Positions 1 to 9,230 of a stretch of DNA of 64,000 nt are shown here, piece by piece (the first letter of the stretch is position 1; the number at the start of each line of letters is the position of its first letter). A program made the translations under genes and the position numbers. The stretch lies in assembly GCA_963717505.1 (NCBI GenBank), contig OY970342.1:1920001-1984000 (forward strand), in the 5' to 3' direction. The notes under the pieces are model-generated. The model was not told the origin of the DNA. It was given only the letters and a program-made list of their open reading frames with translations, and did not search any database. The DNA comes from Candidatus Eiseniibacteriota bacterium. GTDB lineage: Bacteria > Eisenbacteria > RBG-16-71-46.

Positions 1-495
1 ACCGAGCGTGCCCGAGCCGGGGAGCAGGCTGTCGAGTGCCGCGAGCGCCGGGGCGAACGATGCGTCGTCGTGCGGCGGCGCCACGACGTCGAACAACGCG
101 CGCGATTCCTCGTCGAATGACAGCAGGGCGCCATCGACGATACGGGCGCGGGTCGCCAACGCCCGGAGCTGGGACGTGAGGAACCGGTGACGCATCGGGA
201 TCAGTGGATCCGGACTGGGCGCCGGCTCGCCGAGGGTCGCGGCGAGGGAGTCGGCGATTGCCGCGATCCGCGAGAGCGGCAGCGAGTCGCGTTCCGCCTC
301 GTCTTTCCACTCGGGTGGACCGTAGTAGGAGTCAACGAAGTCACGGTCGTGGCGCCCGAGCTGGTGCGCCAGAACGACGAAATGGTGTCCGACCTGGTCG
401 AGATCGGGGGCCGGCGGGGATTTCGATGCGCAGCTCGATGCGACGAGCAGGACGGCGGCCGCGATGGTGAAGCGGATGGTCTGATGGGCGGTCAT
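1..495 (-). CDS. Putative lipoprotein, hypothetical (3' end truncated by the window edge)
   Basis: Not in the ORF track. Manual translation from ATG at 495 gives [30 protein letters not shown]...[13 protein letters not shown]...[12 protein letters not shown], open to position 1. Hydrophobic signal with lipobox-like ASS-C; GGAG upstream. Confidence 0.7.
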   Translation of the reverse strand, partial: MTAHQTIRFTIAAAVLLVASSCASKSPPAPDLDQVGHHFVVLAHQLGRHDRDFVDSYYGPPEWKDEAERDSLPLSRIAAIADSLAATLGEPAPSPDPLIPMRHRFLTSQLRALATRARIVDGALLSFDEESRALFDVVAPPHDDASFAPALAALDSLLPGSGTLG

Positions 496-574
496 CGGAA
501 TCTCCGACGGTCATGGGATCGCACGAACGAACGGCGCACGTTAGCATGGGGGCGGCGTGCCGTGGTGGCCCCCA

Positions 575-603
575 TTGGCCGGCCGCGGCCCGTGCGCTAC
601 CTT
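575..603 (+). promoter_or_regulatory. Putative sigma70 promoter for the carboxyltransferase gene (probably leaderless)
   Basis: TTGGCC-17 nt-TACCTT; ATG at 612 lies 8 nt downstream with no Shine-Dalgarno sequence. Confidence 0.45.
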
Positions 604-611
604 CCCGAGCC

Positions 612-2225
612 ATGGAACTGCTCGAAACCCACCTCGACACCGCCACTGCCGAATACCAGGCCAACGCCGAGCATCACCGATCACTGGCCGCCGAACTCAA
701 GACCCGGCTGGCGCGGGTCAAGCACGGCGGCGGGCCCGACCTGATCAAGCGCCACACGGCGCGGGGCAAGCTGTTCGTGCGCGAGCGCATCGAACGCCTG
801 GTCGATCCCGGCACCGCGTTTCTCGAACTGTCGCCGCTCGCTGCGTGGGACCTGTACGACAACGACGCGCCGTGCGCGGGCCTGGTCACCGGCATTGGCA
901 GCGTGCACGGCCGCACGGTGATGGTGGTCGCCAACGACGCGACGGTGAAGGGCGGCACCTACTACCCGATGACCGTCAAGAAGCACGTGCGCGCGCAGGA
1001 GGTGGCACTCGAGAACCGGCTGCCGTGCGTCTATCTGGTGGATTCGGGCGGCGCGTTCCTGCCGCTCCAGGCCGACGTCTTCCCGGACCGCGAACACTTC
1101 GGGCGCATCTTCTACAACCAGGCGCGCATGTCGGCGGCCGGCATCCCGCAGCTCGCGATCGTGATGGGTTCGTGCACCGCCGGCGGCGCCTACGTGCCGG
1201 CGATGAGCGACGAGGCGGTGATCGTCAAGAACCAGGGGACCATCTTCCTCGGCGGACCGCCGCTGGTGAAGGCGGCGACCGGCGAGGACGTGACGGCCGA
1301 AGAGCTGGGCGGCGGCGACGTGCACACGCGGATCTCGGGCGTTGCAGACCACCTGGCCGACGACGATCCGCACGCGCTCGAGATCGCGCGCGACATCGTC
1401 GCGCATTTGGGGGGCGCGACGTCGTCGCGCCCGGCGCTCGACCTGCGCGAGCCCGAGCCGCCGCAGTACGACCCCTCGGAGATCTACGGCCTCCTGCCGC
1501 GCGACTTGCGCACGCCCTACGACGTGCGCGAGGTGATCGCGCGCCTGGTGGACGGCTCGCGCTTCCACGAGTTCAAGGCGCGCTACGGCGCGACACTGGT
1601 CACAGGATTCGCCCACCTGCACGGCATCCCGATCGCGATCCTGGCCAACAACGGCGTGCTGTTCAGCGAGAGCGCACTCAAGGCCACACACTTCATCGAG
1701 CTGGCCGCGCACCGCGGAATTCCGCTCCTGTTCCTGCAGAACATCAGTGGCTTCATCGTCGGCAAGCAGTACGAACATGGCGGCATCGCCAAAGACGGCG
1801 CCAAGATGGTGCACGCGGTCGCCAACGCGCAGGTGCCGAAGGTCACGGTGATCGTCGGTGGCAGCTTCGGCGCCGGCAACTACGGCATGTGCGGTCGCGC
1901 CTACCAGCCGCGTTTCCTGTTCATGTGGCCCAACAGCCGGATCAGCGTCATGGGTGGCGAGCAGGCGGCGTCGGTGCTGGCGCAGGTCAAGCAGGCCCAG
2001 CTCGACCAGGCGGGCAAGAAGATGTCGGCCGCCGAAGAGAAGGCCTTCAAGCAGCCGATCCTCGACACCTACGAGCGCGAGGGAAGTCCTTATTACTCCA
2101 CCGCCCGGCTCTGGGACGACGGCGTGATCGACCCCGCCGAAACCCGTACCGTGCTTGCGCTTGCGTTCTCGGCCGCCCTCAACGCCCCGGTCCCGCCGGC
2201 CAGGTTCGGCGTCTTCCGGATGTAG
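612..2225 (+). CDS. Methylcrotonoyl-CoA carboxylase beta (carboxyltransferase) subunit, LiuB/MccB-like
   Basis: Motifs [66 protein letters not shown] and C-terminal FGVFRM. Start reassigned to ATG 612. Confidence 0.93.
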   Translation: MELLETHLDTATAEYQANAEHHRSLAAELKTRLARVKHGGGPDLIKRHTARGKLFVRERIERLVDPGTAFLELSPLAAWDLYDNDAPCAGLVTGIGSVHGRTVMVVANDATVKGGTYYPMTVKKHVRAQEVALENRLPCVYLVDSGGAFLPLQADVFPDREHFGRIFYNQARMSAAGIPQLAIVMGSCTAGGAYVPAMSDEAVIVKNQGTIFLGGPPLVKAATGEDVTAEELGGGDVHTRISGVADHLADDDPHALEIARDIVAHLGGATSSRPALDLREPEPPQYDPSEIYGLLPRDLRTPYDVREVIARLVDGSRFHEFKARYGATLVTGFAHLHGIPIAILANNGVLFSESALKATHFIELAAHRGIPLLFLQNISGFIVGKQYEHGGIAKDGAKMVHAVANAQVPKVTVIVGGSFGAGNYGMCGRAYQPRFLFMWPNSRISVMGGEQAASVLAQVKQAQLDQAGKKMSAAEEKAFKQPILDTYEREGSPYYSTARLWDDGVIDPAETRTVLALAFSAALNAPVPPARFGVFRM

Positions 2226-2259
2226 AGGCGACACACCGTGAAGCGGGGATAGGAACGGC

Positions 2260-4023
2260 CTAGGTCGAGCTCGATGCAGCGCCGGCGTCGGGCGGGGCCC
2301 CCGGTTGCGGCGCACCGGACATATGAACGAAGAGGTCACGGCGCGCGAACGGGATCGAGATCGCTTCCTTGTCGAAGCGCTCCTTCACCGTCTTGGTGAT
2401 GTCCCAGTACACGTCCCAGTAGTGCTCGGTGTGCGTCCAGGGGCGGACGATGAAGTTCACCGACGAGTCGACCAGCTGGTGCAGCTTGATCATCGGCGGC
2501 GGGTCCTCCAGCACCTTGGGATGTGCGGTGACGATCTCGTTCAGGACCCGCTCGGCTTTCTCGAGGTCCTCGGTGTAGGACACGCCGAACGTCAGGTCGA
2601 CGCGCCGAATCGCCTGTGCCGTGATGTTGCGAATCACGTCCCCCCAGATCTTGCTGTTCGGCACGATCAGCGTCTGGTTGTCGGCGGTCAGGATAGTGGT
2701 GGCGACCAGGCTCATTGCCCGGACCGAGCCGGACACCCCGGCCGCCTCGATCGTATCGCCGAGGTCGTAGGGGCGATAGGCCAGGATCATCCCGCCAGCG
2801 GCGAAGTTGGCCAGCGTGTTCTGCATCGCGAAGCCGATGACGAAGCCCGCGATGCCCAGGCCGGCAACCAAGGCGCCGACGTGGACGCCGAGCTGCGTCA
2901 GGATCACGATCAGACCGATGAGCATGACGATCTTCGACGAGCCGGTAATCAGCATTTCGCGCACCAAATGCGAAAGCGACGATCGCCCGACCGCGCGCCG
3001 GACGACAGCGCGCGTCAGCCCGGCCAGCAGCCGAAAGCCGAAGAAGATGATCAGGATGAACAGTACGTGGGACAGCCACCGCGGAGCCTGAGTCGCGACC
3101 ACGTCCAGCAACTGCCGGCGCGCGTGTTGCAGCAGCCCGCCGACCACCTTGGGGTTGAGGATGTCGGAGGTGATCTTGCCGGTCGAGCTGATGAGCAACA
3201 CTTTGTAACGAGTGGTCTCGAGCCCGAGCCGGTCCATCAGCTCGATCGCGAGCCCGAGGTTGTCGCTGACTCGATTGCGCCGCTCCTCGATCGCCAGCAA
3301 CTCCTGACGCAAGCCCTGGTCCGACGGGGCGCGTGTTACCTGAGCGGAGGCCGACGCCCGATCCCGCTCGGTGACCCGCAGGCGCGTGACCAGGACGTCG
3401 GCGAGCCCGGCAAGCTGATTGGTGACGAAGCGTCGGGGCTGGGACACGTCGACGCCGACGGCTTGGAGCGCCAGGATCCCGTCCACCAGCGAGCGAACGT
3501 GCGTCGCCTGGCGTTCGGCCAATTCGCTGATACGCGACTCCAGGGCGACGCGTTGAGCGCCGGATGCGGCGTCGCGTTCGACGCGCAGGGCGTCGAATTC
3601 TTTCTCGTTGCGCCGCAGCAGCGTCTGATAGCTCGACCAGCCGCGCTGGACCGTATCGTTCAGGATCCGGCGCGGTTCGCTGAGGTCCCGTCCAGCGGAT
3701 TGCTGCTGGCGCAGGTGCGCGGCGATGGCGAGCAGCGAGGCGTCGACCTCGGCCTGTCGCTCCCACATCTGCTCGTCGCGCACGGTGCGCAGCTCGCCGG
3801 TCGAGGAATCGGCGAGGGTCGCGAGCGAATCCTGCTGCCGGGTCGCGGTGCGCAGTCGATCCAGCAGCCTATGGAACTCGACATCGGTGGCGGTCGTGTC
3901 CTGAGCGAATGCGGCGGTGCCCGCCAGGATCCAGGCGCCGGCCAGCAAGGCGAACGCGAACCGGAATGCGCGCGCTGAGAGGACGCTGGCGCCCGACTCC
4001 GGCATGCGGTCGAATGCGGCCAT
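2260..4023 (-). CDS. MscS-family mechanosensitive channel with a long N-terminal periplasmic helical domain
   Basis: GLGIAGFVIGFAMQNTLANFAAG, RPYDLGDTI, IVPNSKIWG, RRVDLTFGVSY, ISIPF. Start uncertain (4023 or 4005). Confidence 0.88.
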   Translation of the reverse strand: MAAFDRMPESGASVLSARAFRFAFALLAGAWILAGTAAFAQDTTATDVEFHRLLDRLRTATRQQDSLATLADSSTGELRTVRDEQMWERQAEVDASLLAIAAHLRQQQSAGRDLSEPRRILNDTVQRGWSSYQTLLRRNEKEFDALRVERDAASGAQRVALESRISELAERQATHVRSLVDGILALQAVGVDVSQPRRFVTNQLAGLADVLVTRLRVTERDRASASAQVTRAPSDQGLRQELLAIEERRNRVSDNLGLAIELMDRLGLETTRYKVLLISSTGKITSDILNPKVVGGLLQHARRQLLDVVATQAPRWLSHVLFILIIFFGFRLLAGLTRAVVRRAVGRSSLSHLVREMLITGSSKIVMLIGLIVILTQLGVHVGALVAGLGIAGFVIGFAMQNTLANFAAGGMILAYRPYDLGDTIEAAGVSGSVRAMSLVATTILTADNQTLIVPNSKIWGDVIRNITAQAIRRVDLTFGVSYTEDLEKAERVLNEIVTAHPKVLEDPPPMIKLHQLVDSSVNFIVRPWTHTEHYWDVYWDITKTVKERFDKEAISIPFARRDLFVHMSGAPQPGAPPDAGAASSST

Positions 4024-4030
4024 CGAATCT

Positions 4031-4894
4031 CTATTCAAGGTGGGTCCGGAGGAACTTCACGGCCAAAGGCCAGGACTGTTTCGACGCCGCCAGATTGGCT
4101 CCATCGCGCAGCCCCTGGGCGCGCAGGAAGCCATGCCCGGCGCCCGGGAAGACATGCGGATCGTAGGAGCGCTCGAGCTTGGTCATCTCCGCCTTGGCCG
4201 GCTCGATCGTCGCGTTGACTCGGGCATCGTCGCCACCGTAGAGCCCGAGCACCGGAGCCTTCACGTTCTGGAGGACCACGCTGTCGGGCGAGGTGCCGTA
4301 GAAGACCACCGCGGCGTTGGGTGGCGGCGTTGCCGCCGCGTACTCGAAACTGCGCGCGCCGCCCCAGCAGAATCCGAGCGTGGCGACCTTGCCGTTGGCC
4401 GCGGGTAGCTTGGTCGCGTAGGCGCGCACGGCGTTCACCCGGTTCGCGGCCTCTTCGGGCGTCAGCGCGCGCGTCAGCTTGACGACCTCGTCGCGGCTCG
4501 CCACCGAGTCGGTGCCGCCGCCACCGGGGCCCATTCCCGAGATCAGATCCGGGGCGACCGCAATGAAGCCGTCGGCCGCCAGTCGATCGGCGACGCCGCG
4601 CAGCCAGTCGGTGAGGCCGAAGATCTCCTGGATCACGATCACCACGCCCGCCTTCTCCTTGCGCTCGGGATAGACCACCCAGGTGCGGATCTTGGTCTTC
4701 GAGTCCGGAAGCGCGACGTCGACGAACTCGCCGTGACGAGGCGAGGTCTCGAGTGCCGCCTTCGCCAGGGAATCCGGCGGCGGGGGCGGAGGGTCGACCG
4801 GTGCCGCCGGAGTCGCGGGCTGGGAATGGGCTGCGGATGCAGCACAGGCGAGGGTGAGCGCGAGGAACGCCACGCTGCGGGCGAGGAATCGCAC
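4031..4894 (-). CDS. Dienelactone hydrolase family protein with signal peptide
   Basis: QEIFGL, GFCWGG nucleophile motif, FPGAGHGF; GGAGG upstream of the GTG start. Confidence 0.9.
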   Translation of the reverse strand: MRFLARSVAFLALTLACAASAAHSQPATPAAPVDPPPPPPDSLAKAALETSPRHGEFVDVALPDSKTKIRTWVVYPERKEKAGVVIVIQEIFGLTDWLRGVADRLAADGFIAVAPDLISGMGPGGGGTDSVASRDEVVKLTRALTPEEAANRVNAVRAYATKLPAANGKVATLGFCWGGARSFEYAAATPPPNAAVVFYGTSPDSVVLQNVKAPVLGLYGGDDARVNATIEPAKAEMTKLERSYDPHVFPGAGHGFLRAQGLRDGANLAASKQSWPLAVKFLRTHLE

Positions 4895-5047
4895 GGAATT
4901 ACCTCCTTGGAGTTTCGAGGGTGACGGCGAACCCTAGCATCCCGGCGGGACGAGTTTCGACCCGGCCCCCGGGGCCCCCCGGCGCCGAGCCCGGTTTGTC
5001 GCGCCCCGGGCAACCGCTACTGTCTCGGCCCCCATCCCGGAGGAGCC

Positions 5048-5824
5048 ATGTCCCTGATCGAGATTCAGCGTGATGCCGCCGTGGCGCGCGTCTGGTTCAA
5101 CCGCCCGGAAGCCCACAACGCGCTGTCGCCCGAACTCGGCGCCGAGCTGGCGGCGAAGCTCCACGAGCTGGCCCACGACGACGGCATCCGGGTCGTGGTG
5201 CTCGGTGGACGCGGACCGTCGTTCTGCGCGGGCGCCGACATCGCGGCGATGAAGACTTCAGCGGCGGCGAGCTTCGACGAGAACCTGGCCGAAGCGCAGA
5301 AGCTGGCGGGAGTCTTCGCCGCGATCGGAGACTTCCCCAAGGCGATCGTCGGTCGGGTTCACGGCAACGTGCTGGGTGGCGGCGTCGGATTCGTCTGCGG
5401 CTGCGACATCGTGGTCGCGAGCGACGACGCGACCTTCGGGCTGACTGAAGTCCGGCTCGGCATCCTGCCCGCGATCATCAGTCCCTATGTCATTCGCCGG
5501 CTCGGCGACCGAAATGCGCGCGAGCTGATGTTGACCGGCGAGCGCTTCGGCGCCGAGGCCGCGTTGCGCATCGGTCTGGTGAATCACGTGGTTCCGGCGG
5601 ACCAGCTGGATGTGCGCGTCGACGAGCGGGTCCGCGAGCTGCTCAAGGGCGCCCCGCACGCGCAGAAGCGCATCAAGATGCTGCTCGAACTCTGGGGGGA
5701 CACCCCCTGGGAAGAGTATCGTGCCGCTCTGCCGCGCACGCTGGCCGAGATCCGCGCCGGCGCCGAGGCGCGCGACGGCCTTGCTGCGTTCTTCGAGAAA
5801 CGCAAGCCGAGCTGGCTAGGATGA
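5048..5824 (+). CDS. Enoyl-CoA hydratase family, probable methylglutaconyl-CoA hydratase (LiuC-like)
   Basis: NRPEAHNAL, FCAGAD, GGGVG, FGLTEVRLGILPAIISPYV, FFEKRKPSW; GGAGGAG RBS; neighbours MCC subunits. Confidence 0.9.
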   Translation: MSLIEIQRDAAVARVWFNRPEAHNALSPELGAELAAKLHELAHDDGIRVVVLGGRGPSFCAGADIAAMKTSAAASFDENLAEAQKLAGVFAAIGDFPKAIVGRVHGNVLGGGVGFVCGCDIVVASDDATFGLTEVRLGILPAIISPYVIRRLGDRNARELMLTGERFGAEAALRIGLVNHVVPADQLDVRVDERVRELLKGAPHAQKRIKMLLELWGDTPWEEYRAALPRTLAEIRAGAEARDGLAAFFEKRKPSWLG

Positions 5825-7341
5825 GCATGTTCCGCAAGGTCCTGATCGCGAATCGCGGCGAGATCGTGTGCCGGGTCGCCGCCACGCTGCACGAAATGGG
5901 CATCCGCTCGGTCGCGGTCTACTCGGAGGCCGACCGGGGAGCACTCCACACCCGGCTGTGCGACGAGGCGGTGGACATCGGTGCCGCCGCCGCGCGCGAA
6001 TCGTATCTGAACGCCGACCGCATCGTCGCTGCGGCGCGCAATGCCGGCGCCGACGCGATCCATCCCGGTTACGGATTCCTCGCCGAGAACGCGGCCTTCG
6101 CGCGCGCCGTCGAAGGCGCGGGGCTCGGTTTCATCGGGCCCACTCCGGAACAGATCGAGAAGATGGGCGACAAGCGTGAAGCGCGCCGGATCGCCGAGGC
6201 GGCCGGCGTGCCGGTGGTCCCCGGAGTCGAGGGGCGCGACGCGGACGGCCTGGTTGCGGCGGCGCGCACGCTCGGGTTTCCGATCATGGTCAAGGCCGCG
6301 CTGGGCGGGGGCGGCAAAGGGATGCGCGCGGTCTCCAACCAGGTCGAACTGCGCGAGGCGATCGACAGCGCCGCGCGCCTCGCAGCCTCGGCGTTCGGCG
6401 ACGCTTCGGTCTACCTCGAAGCGCGCCTCGACCGGGCGCGCCACATCGAGGTCCAGATTCTCGGCGACGGTCGTGGCGGCGCCATTCATTTGTACGAGCG
6501 CGAGTGCACGCTGCAACGACGACACCAGAAGGTGATCGAGGAGTCGACGTCGCCGGTGGTCGAGGAGGATCTGCGCGACCGGATGACCTCGGCGGCGCTG
6601 CGACTCGCGCGGGAAGTGCGCTACCGGGGCGCCGGCACCGTCGAGATGCTGCTCGCCGCGGATGGTGCGTTCTACTTTCTCGAGATGAACACCCGGCTCC
6701 AGGTCGAGCATCCGGTCACCGAATGTCTGACCGGTCGCGACCTGGTGCGCGCCCAACTCGAGATCGCGGCCCACGGGCGCTTGCCCTTCGATCAGCCCGA
6801 GGTCCGCCGCCACGGGCACGCGATCGAGGCGCGGGTCTATGCCGAGGACGCCGCACGCGAGTTCTTGCCGCAATCGGGAGTCGCGCTGCGGCTTCGCTGG
6901 CCGCACGGTCCGTTCGTTCGCGTCGACCGCGGGATCGAGGCCGGCGACGAAGTCGGCGTGCACTACGATCCGATGCTGGCCAAGATCGTGACGTTCGGGG
7001 CCGATCGCAGCGCGGCGCTGGCGCGGCTCGCAGGGGCACTCGATGCTGCACGGGTGCACGGTATCGTCACCAACCTGCCGTTTTTGAGAGCGCTCGCACG
7101 CTCGCGCGCCATGACGGATGCAAAGTTCGATACCGAATGGATCGAACGCGAGTTCCTGCCCGAGTTCGCGCTGCTCGCTTCGGCGCCGGCGCCCGACCTG
7201 GTCCTGGCGGCGGCGGCGATCGCGGAGGCCACGGGTGCGCATCACGCGCGCGCCGCGACGTCGAGTGGGCCTGCGACGCGAAACGGCCCCGATGCCTTCG
7301 GTGCCGCGGGCTCGTGGCGTCACCCGGGGCTCGGCTCGTGA
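5821..7341 (+). CDS. Biotin carboxylase domain of acyl-CoA (methylcrotonoyl-CoA) carboxylase alpha subunit
   Basis: KVLIANRGEI, IHPGYGFLAEN, GGGGKGMR, EMNTRLQVEHPVTE, YDPMLAK; no biotinyl domain in this ORF. Confidence 0.92.
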   Translation: MSMFRKVLIANRGEIVCRVAATLHEMGIRSVAVYSEADRGALHTRLCDEAVDIGAAAARESYLNADRIVAAARNAGADAIHPGYGFLAENAAFARAVEGAGLGFIGPTPEQIEKMGDKREARRIAEAAGVPVVPGVEGRDADGLVAAARTLGFPIMVKAALGGGGKGMRAVSNQVELREAIDSAARLAASAFGDASVYLEARLDRARHIEVQILGDGRGGAIHLYERECTLQRRHQKVIEESTSPVVEEDLRDRMTSAALRLAREVRYRGAGTVEMLLAADGAFYFLEMNTRLQVEHPVTECLTGRDLVRAQLEIAAHGRLPFDQPEVRRHGHAIEARVYAEDAAREFLPQSGVALRLRWPHGPFVRVDRGIEAGDEVGVHYDPMLAKIVTFGADRSAALARLAGALDAARVHGIVTNLPFLRALARSRAMTDAKFDTEWIEREFLPEFALLASAPAPDLVLAAAAIAEATGAHHARAATSSGPATRNGPDAFGAAGSWRHPGLGS

Positions 7342-7871
7342 GCCGCACCGAGTGGCGCGAGGGCGACCGCACGCGCGTCGTCGAGTTGAATTCGATTGGT
7401 GCCGGGCGGTGGCGCGTTCGAGTCGACGACGCCGAGTTCGAAGTCGCGGCCGAGGTCGCCGAGGACGGTCGCATGCGGATCGTGGCGGACGGCGCCGTGC
7501 ACGTCGCCGAAGTCACTGCCGCCGGCGGCCGGCGTTTCGTCCGGCTGGGATCTCTGGACTTCGTGCTCGAACGCGAGGCCTCAGGCCGGCGCCGCGCCGG
7601 AAGCACGCATCACGGCGGCCTCGAAGCGCCGATGCCGGGCGCGATCACGCGCGTCCTGGTGTCGCCGGGGGACGCGGTTTCGCGGGGCCAGGCGCTGGTC
7701 GCCATCGAGGCGATGAAGATGGAGCACCTGGTGCGCTCCCCGCGGGCCGGCCGCGTCAAGACCGTGCGCGCCGGCGTCGGCGACCGGGTGGCTCCCGGAA
7801 CCGCGCTCATTGAGCTTGAGGAGCCGGAGTCCACGGCCGATACCCCGGCCGAACCGCCACCCGGTCGTTGA
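7338..7871 (+). CDS. Biotin carboxyl carrier / BT-domain subunit
   Basis: GTG start overlaps the upstream stop (GTGA); APMPG and EAMKME biotinylation motif. Confidence 0.88.
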   Translation: MSRTEWREGDRTRVVELNSIGAGRWRVRVDDAEFEVAAEVAEDGRMRIVADGAVHVAEVTAAGGRRFVRLGSLDFVLEREASGRRRAGSTHHGGLEAPMPGAITRVLVSPGDAVSRGQALVAIEAMKMEHLVRSPRAGRVKTVRAGVGDRVAPGTALIELEEPESTADTPAEPPPGR

Positions 7872-7896
7872 CCGGCCCAAGGCCCTGTGCTAGCGT
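7868..7896 (+). promoter_or_regulatory. Putative sigma70 promoter (extended -10) for the phoH leader/operon
   Basis: TTGACC-17 nt-TAGCGT, with TG two bases upstream of the -10 hexamer. Confidence 0.55.
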
Positions 7897-7903
7897 TCCG
7901 CCT

Positions 7904-8060
7904 GTCGTCTCGGACTGGATCGCACCTGCGCACCCTGGCTCACGAGACGAGGTAAGTCTCTGGACGAACAAAGGTTGACACAACTCAGCCACCGTCACTT
8001 CAAGGCGGATTCGCTCTTGACCTGGCCCGTCCTGCGGGCTTCTCGGGTCAGGAGTTTTGT
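7904..8060 (+). ncRNA. Candidate structured 5' leader / small RNA upstream of phoH
   Basis: Several stems (TCGTCTCG/CGAGACGA, GGTTGA/TCAGCC, CCGTC/GGCGG, TCAAG-GCG/CGC-CTTGA) lie between a promoter and a terminator. No match to a family I recognise. Confidence 0.4.
8014..8060 (+). terminator. Intrinsic terminator-like hairpin upstream of phoH
   Basis: CTCTTGACCTG (8014-8024) pairs with CGGGTCAGGAG (8044-8054) and is followed by TTTTGT. Confidence 0.6.
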
Positions 8061-8087
8061 GCTTTCAGGGGCCTCGAGGACTTCCCG

Positions 8088-9206
8088 GTGATCGTTCGCA
8101 AGTTTCCCATCGAGCATCTCGACGCCATCACGCTGCTCGGACACAACGACTCGAACCTCCGACACATCGAACGTGCGCTCCCGGTACGGATCACGCTCCG
8201 CGACGGGACCATCACGGTTTCGGGCGAGGAGGACGCCGTGTCGTCGGCCGCGGACGCGCTCAAAGAGCTGGTGTTGCTGGCCGAGCGCGGCAAAGTGGTG
8301 GAAGACGCCGATGTCGCTGCGGCGCTCGGGGATTCCCGGCGCAACGGCAACGGCCAGCGCCTGTCCGAAGCCTACGATGGCGCTCCCGGTTACGCCTTCG
8401 AGCGCAAGGTGGTGCGCGCCCGCACGCCGACTCAGGCCGAATACCTGAAGGCGCTCCAGGAACACGACGTGGTGTTCGCGATCGGCCCGGCCGGGACCGG
8501 CAAGACTTACCTTGCGGTGGCGGCCGCGGTGAACGCATTGCGTCAGAAGAAAGCCGAGCGGATCATCCTGGTGCGCCCGGCGGTCGAAGCCGGCGAGAGC
8601 CTGGGCTTCCTGCCCGGCGACATGCAGGAGAAGGTCGATCCGTATTTGCGCCCGATGTACGACGCGCTCTCGGACCTGATGTCGTACGACAAGATGCGCC
8701 GGTACATGGAGCTGGGCGTCATCGAAATCGCCCCGCTCGCCTTCATGCGCGGGCGCACCCTGCACAACTCGTACGTGATCCTGGACGAGGCGCAGAACAC
8801 GACCGTGCGCCAGATGAAGATGTTCCTGACGCGCATGGGCGTGAACTCGCGCTGCGTGATCACCGGCGACGTGACCCAGATCGATCTCAAGGACCCCGGC
8901 GCTTCGGGGCTGGTCCGTATCCAGGGCATCCTCAATCACCTGCCCGACGTCAAATTCATCTACTTCCATCCCGAGGACGTGGTGCGTCATCGCCTGGTGC
9001 GCGACATCATTCGTGCCTTCGATGCCTACCACACGCGGATGAACGGCAATGCCGAGGACGGAGTCGGCGAGGCGCTGGAGATGGGTGGCGAATCGGGGAC
9101 CGCGCGCGGCCCCGAAGGCGCCACCGGCGCCGATTCCGCCGGCGATTTCGGGCGCGAAACCCCGTCGAACGGTCCCAAGCCGGGCTCTACCGGCCCGCTC
9201 CTCTAA
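8088..9206 (+). CDS. phoH: PhoH family ATPase (YbeZ-like)
   Basis: GPAGTGKTYLA, RPAVEAGESLGFLPGD, MRGRTL, DEAQN, GDVTQIDL, DVVRHRLV. Confidence 0.95.
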   Translation: MIVRKFPIEHLDAITLLGHNDSNLRHIERALPVRITLRDGTITVSGEEDAVSSAADALKELVLLAERGKVVEDADVAAALGDSRRNGNGQRLSEAYDGAPGYAFERKVVRARTPTQAEYLKALQEHDVVFAIGPAGTGKTYLAVAAAVNALRQKKAERIILVRPAVEAGESLGFLPGDMQEKVDPYLRPMYDALSDLMSYDKMRRYMELGVIEIAPLAFMRGRTLHNSYVILDEAQNTTVRQMKMFLTRMGVNSRCVITGDVTQIDLKDPGASGLVRIQGILNHLPDVKFIYFHPEDVVRHRLVRDIIRAFDAYHTRMNGNAEDGVGEALEMGGESGTARGPEGATGADSAGDFGRETPSNGPKPGSTGPLL

Positions 9207-9230
9207 TCCACGCCTGACGCCGCAACGCCG

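Noticed and set aside
7975-8003. Perfect TTGACA as a second promoter for phoH
   Set aside because: No acceptable -10 hexamer at 16-18 nt spacing, and it lies upstream of the terminator.
7904-8060. Assignment of the phoH leader to c-di-AMP (ydaO), glycine, SRP or 6S RNA families
   Set aside because: The conserved sequence motifs of those families are not visible; kept only as an unassigned candidate.
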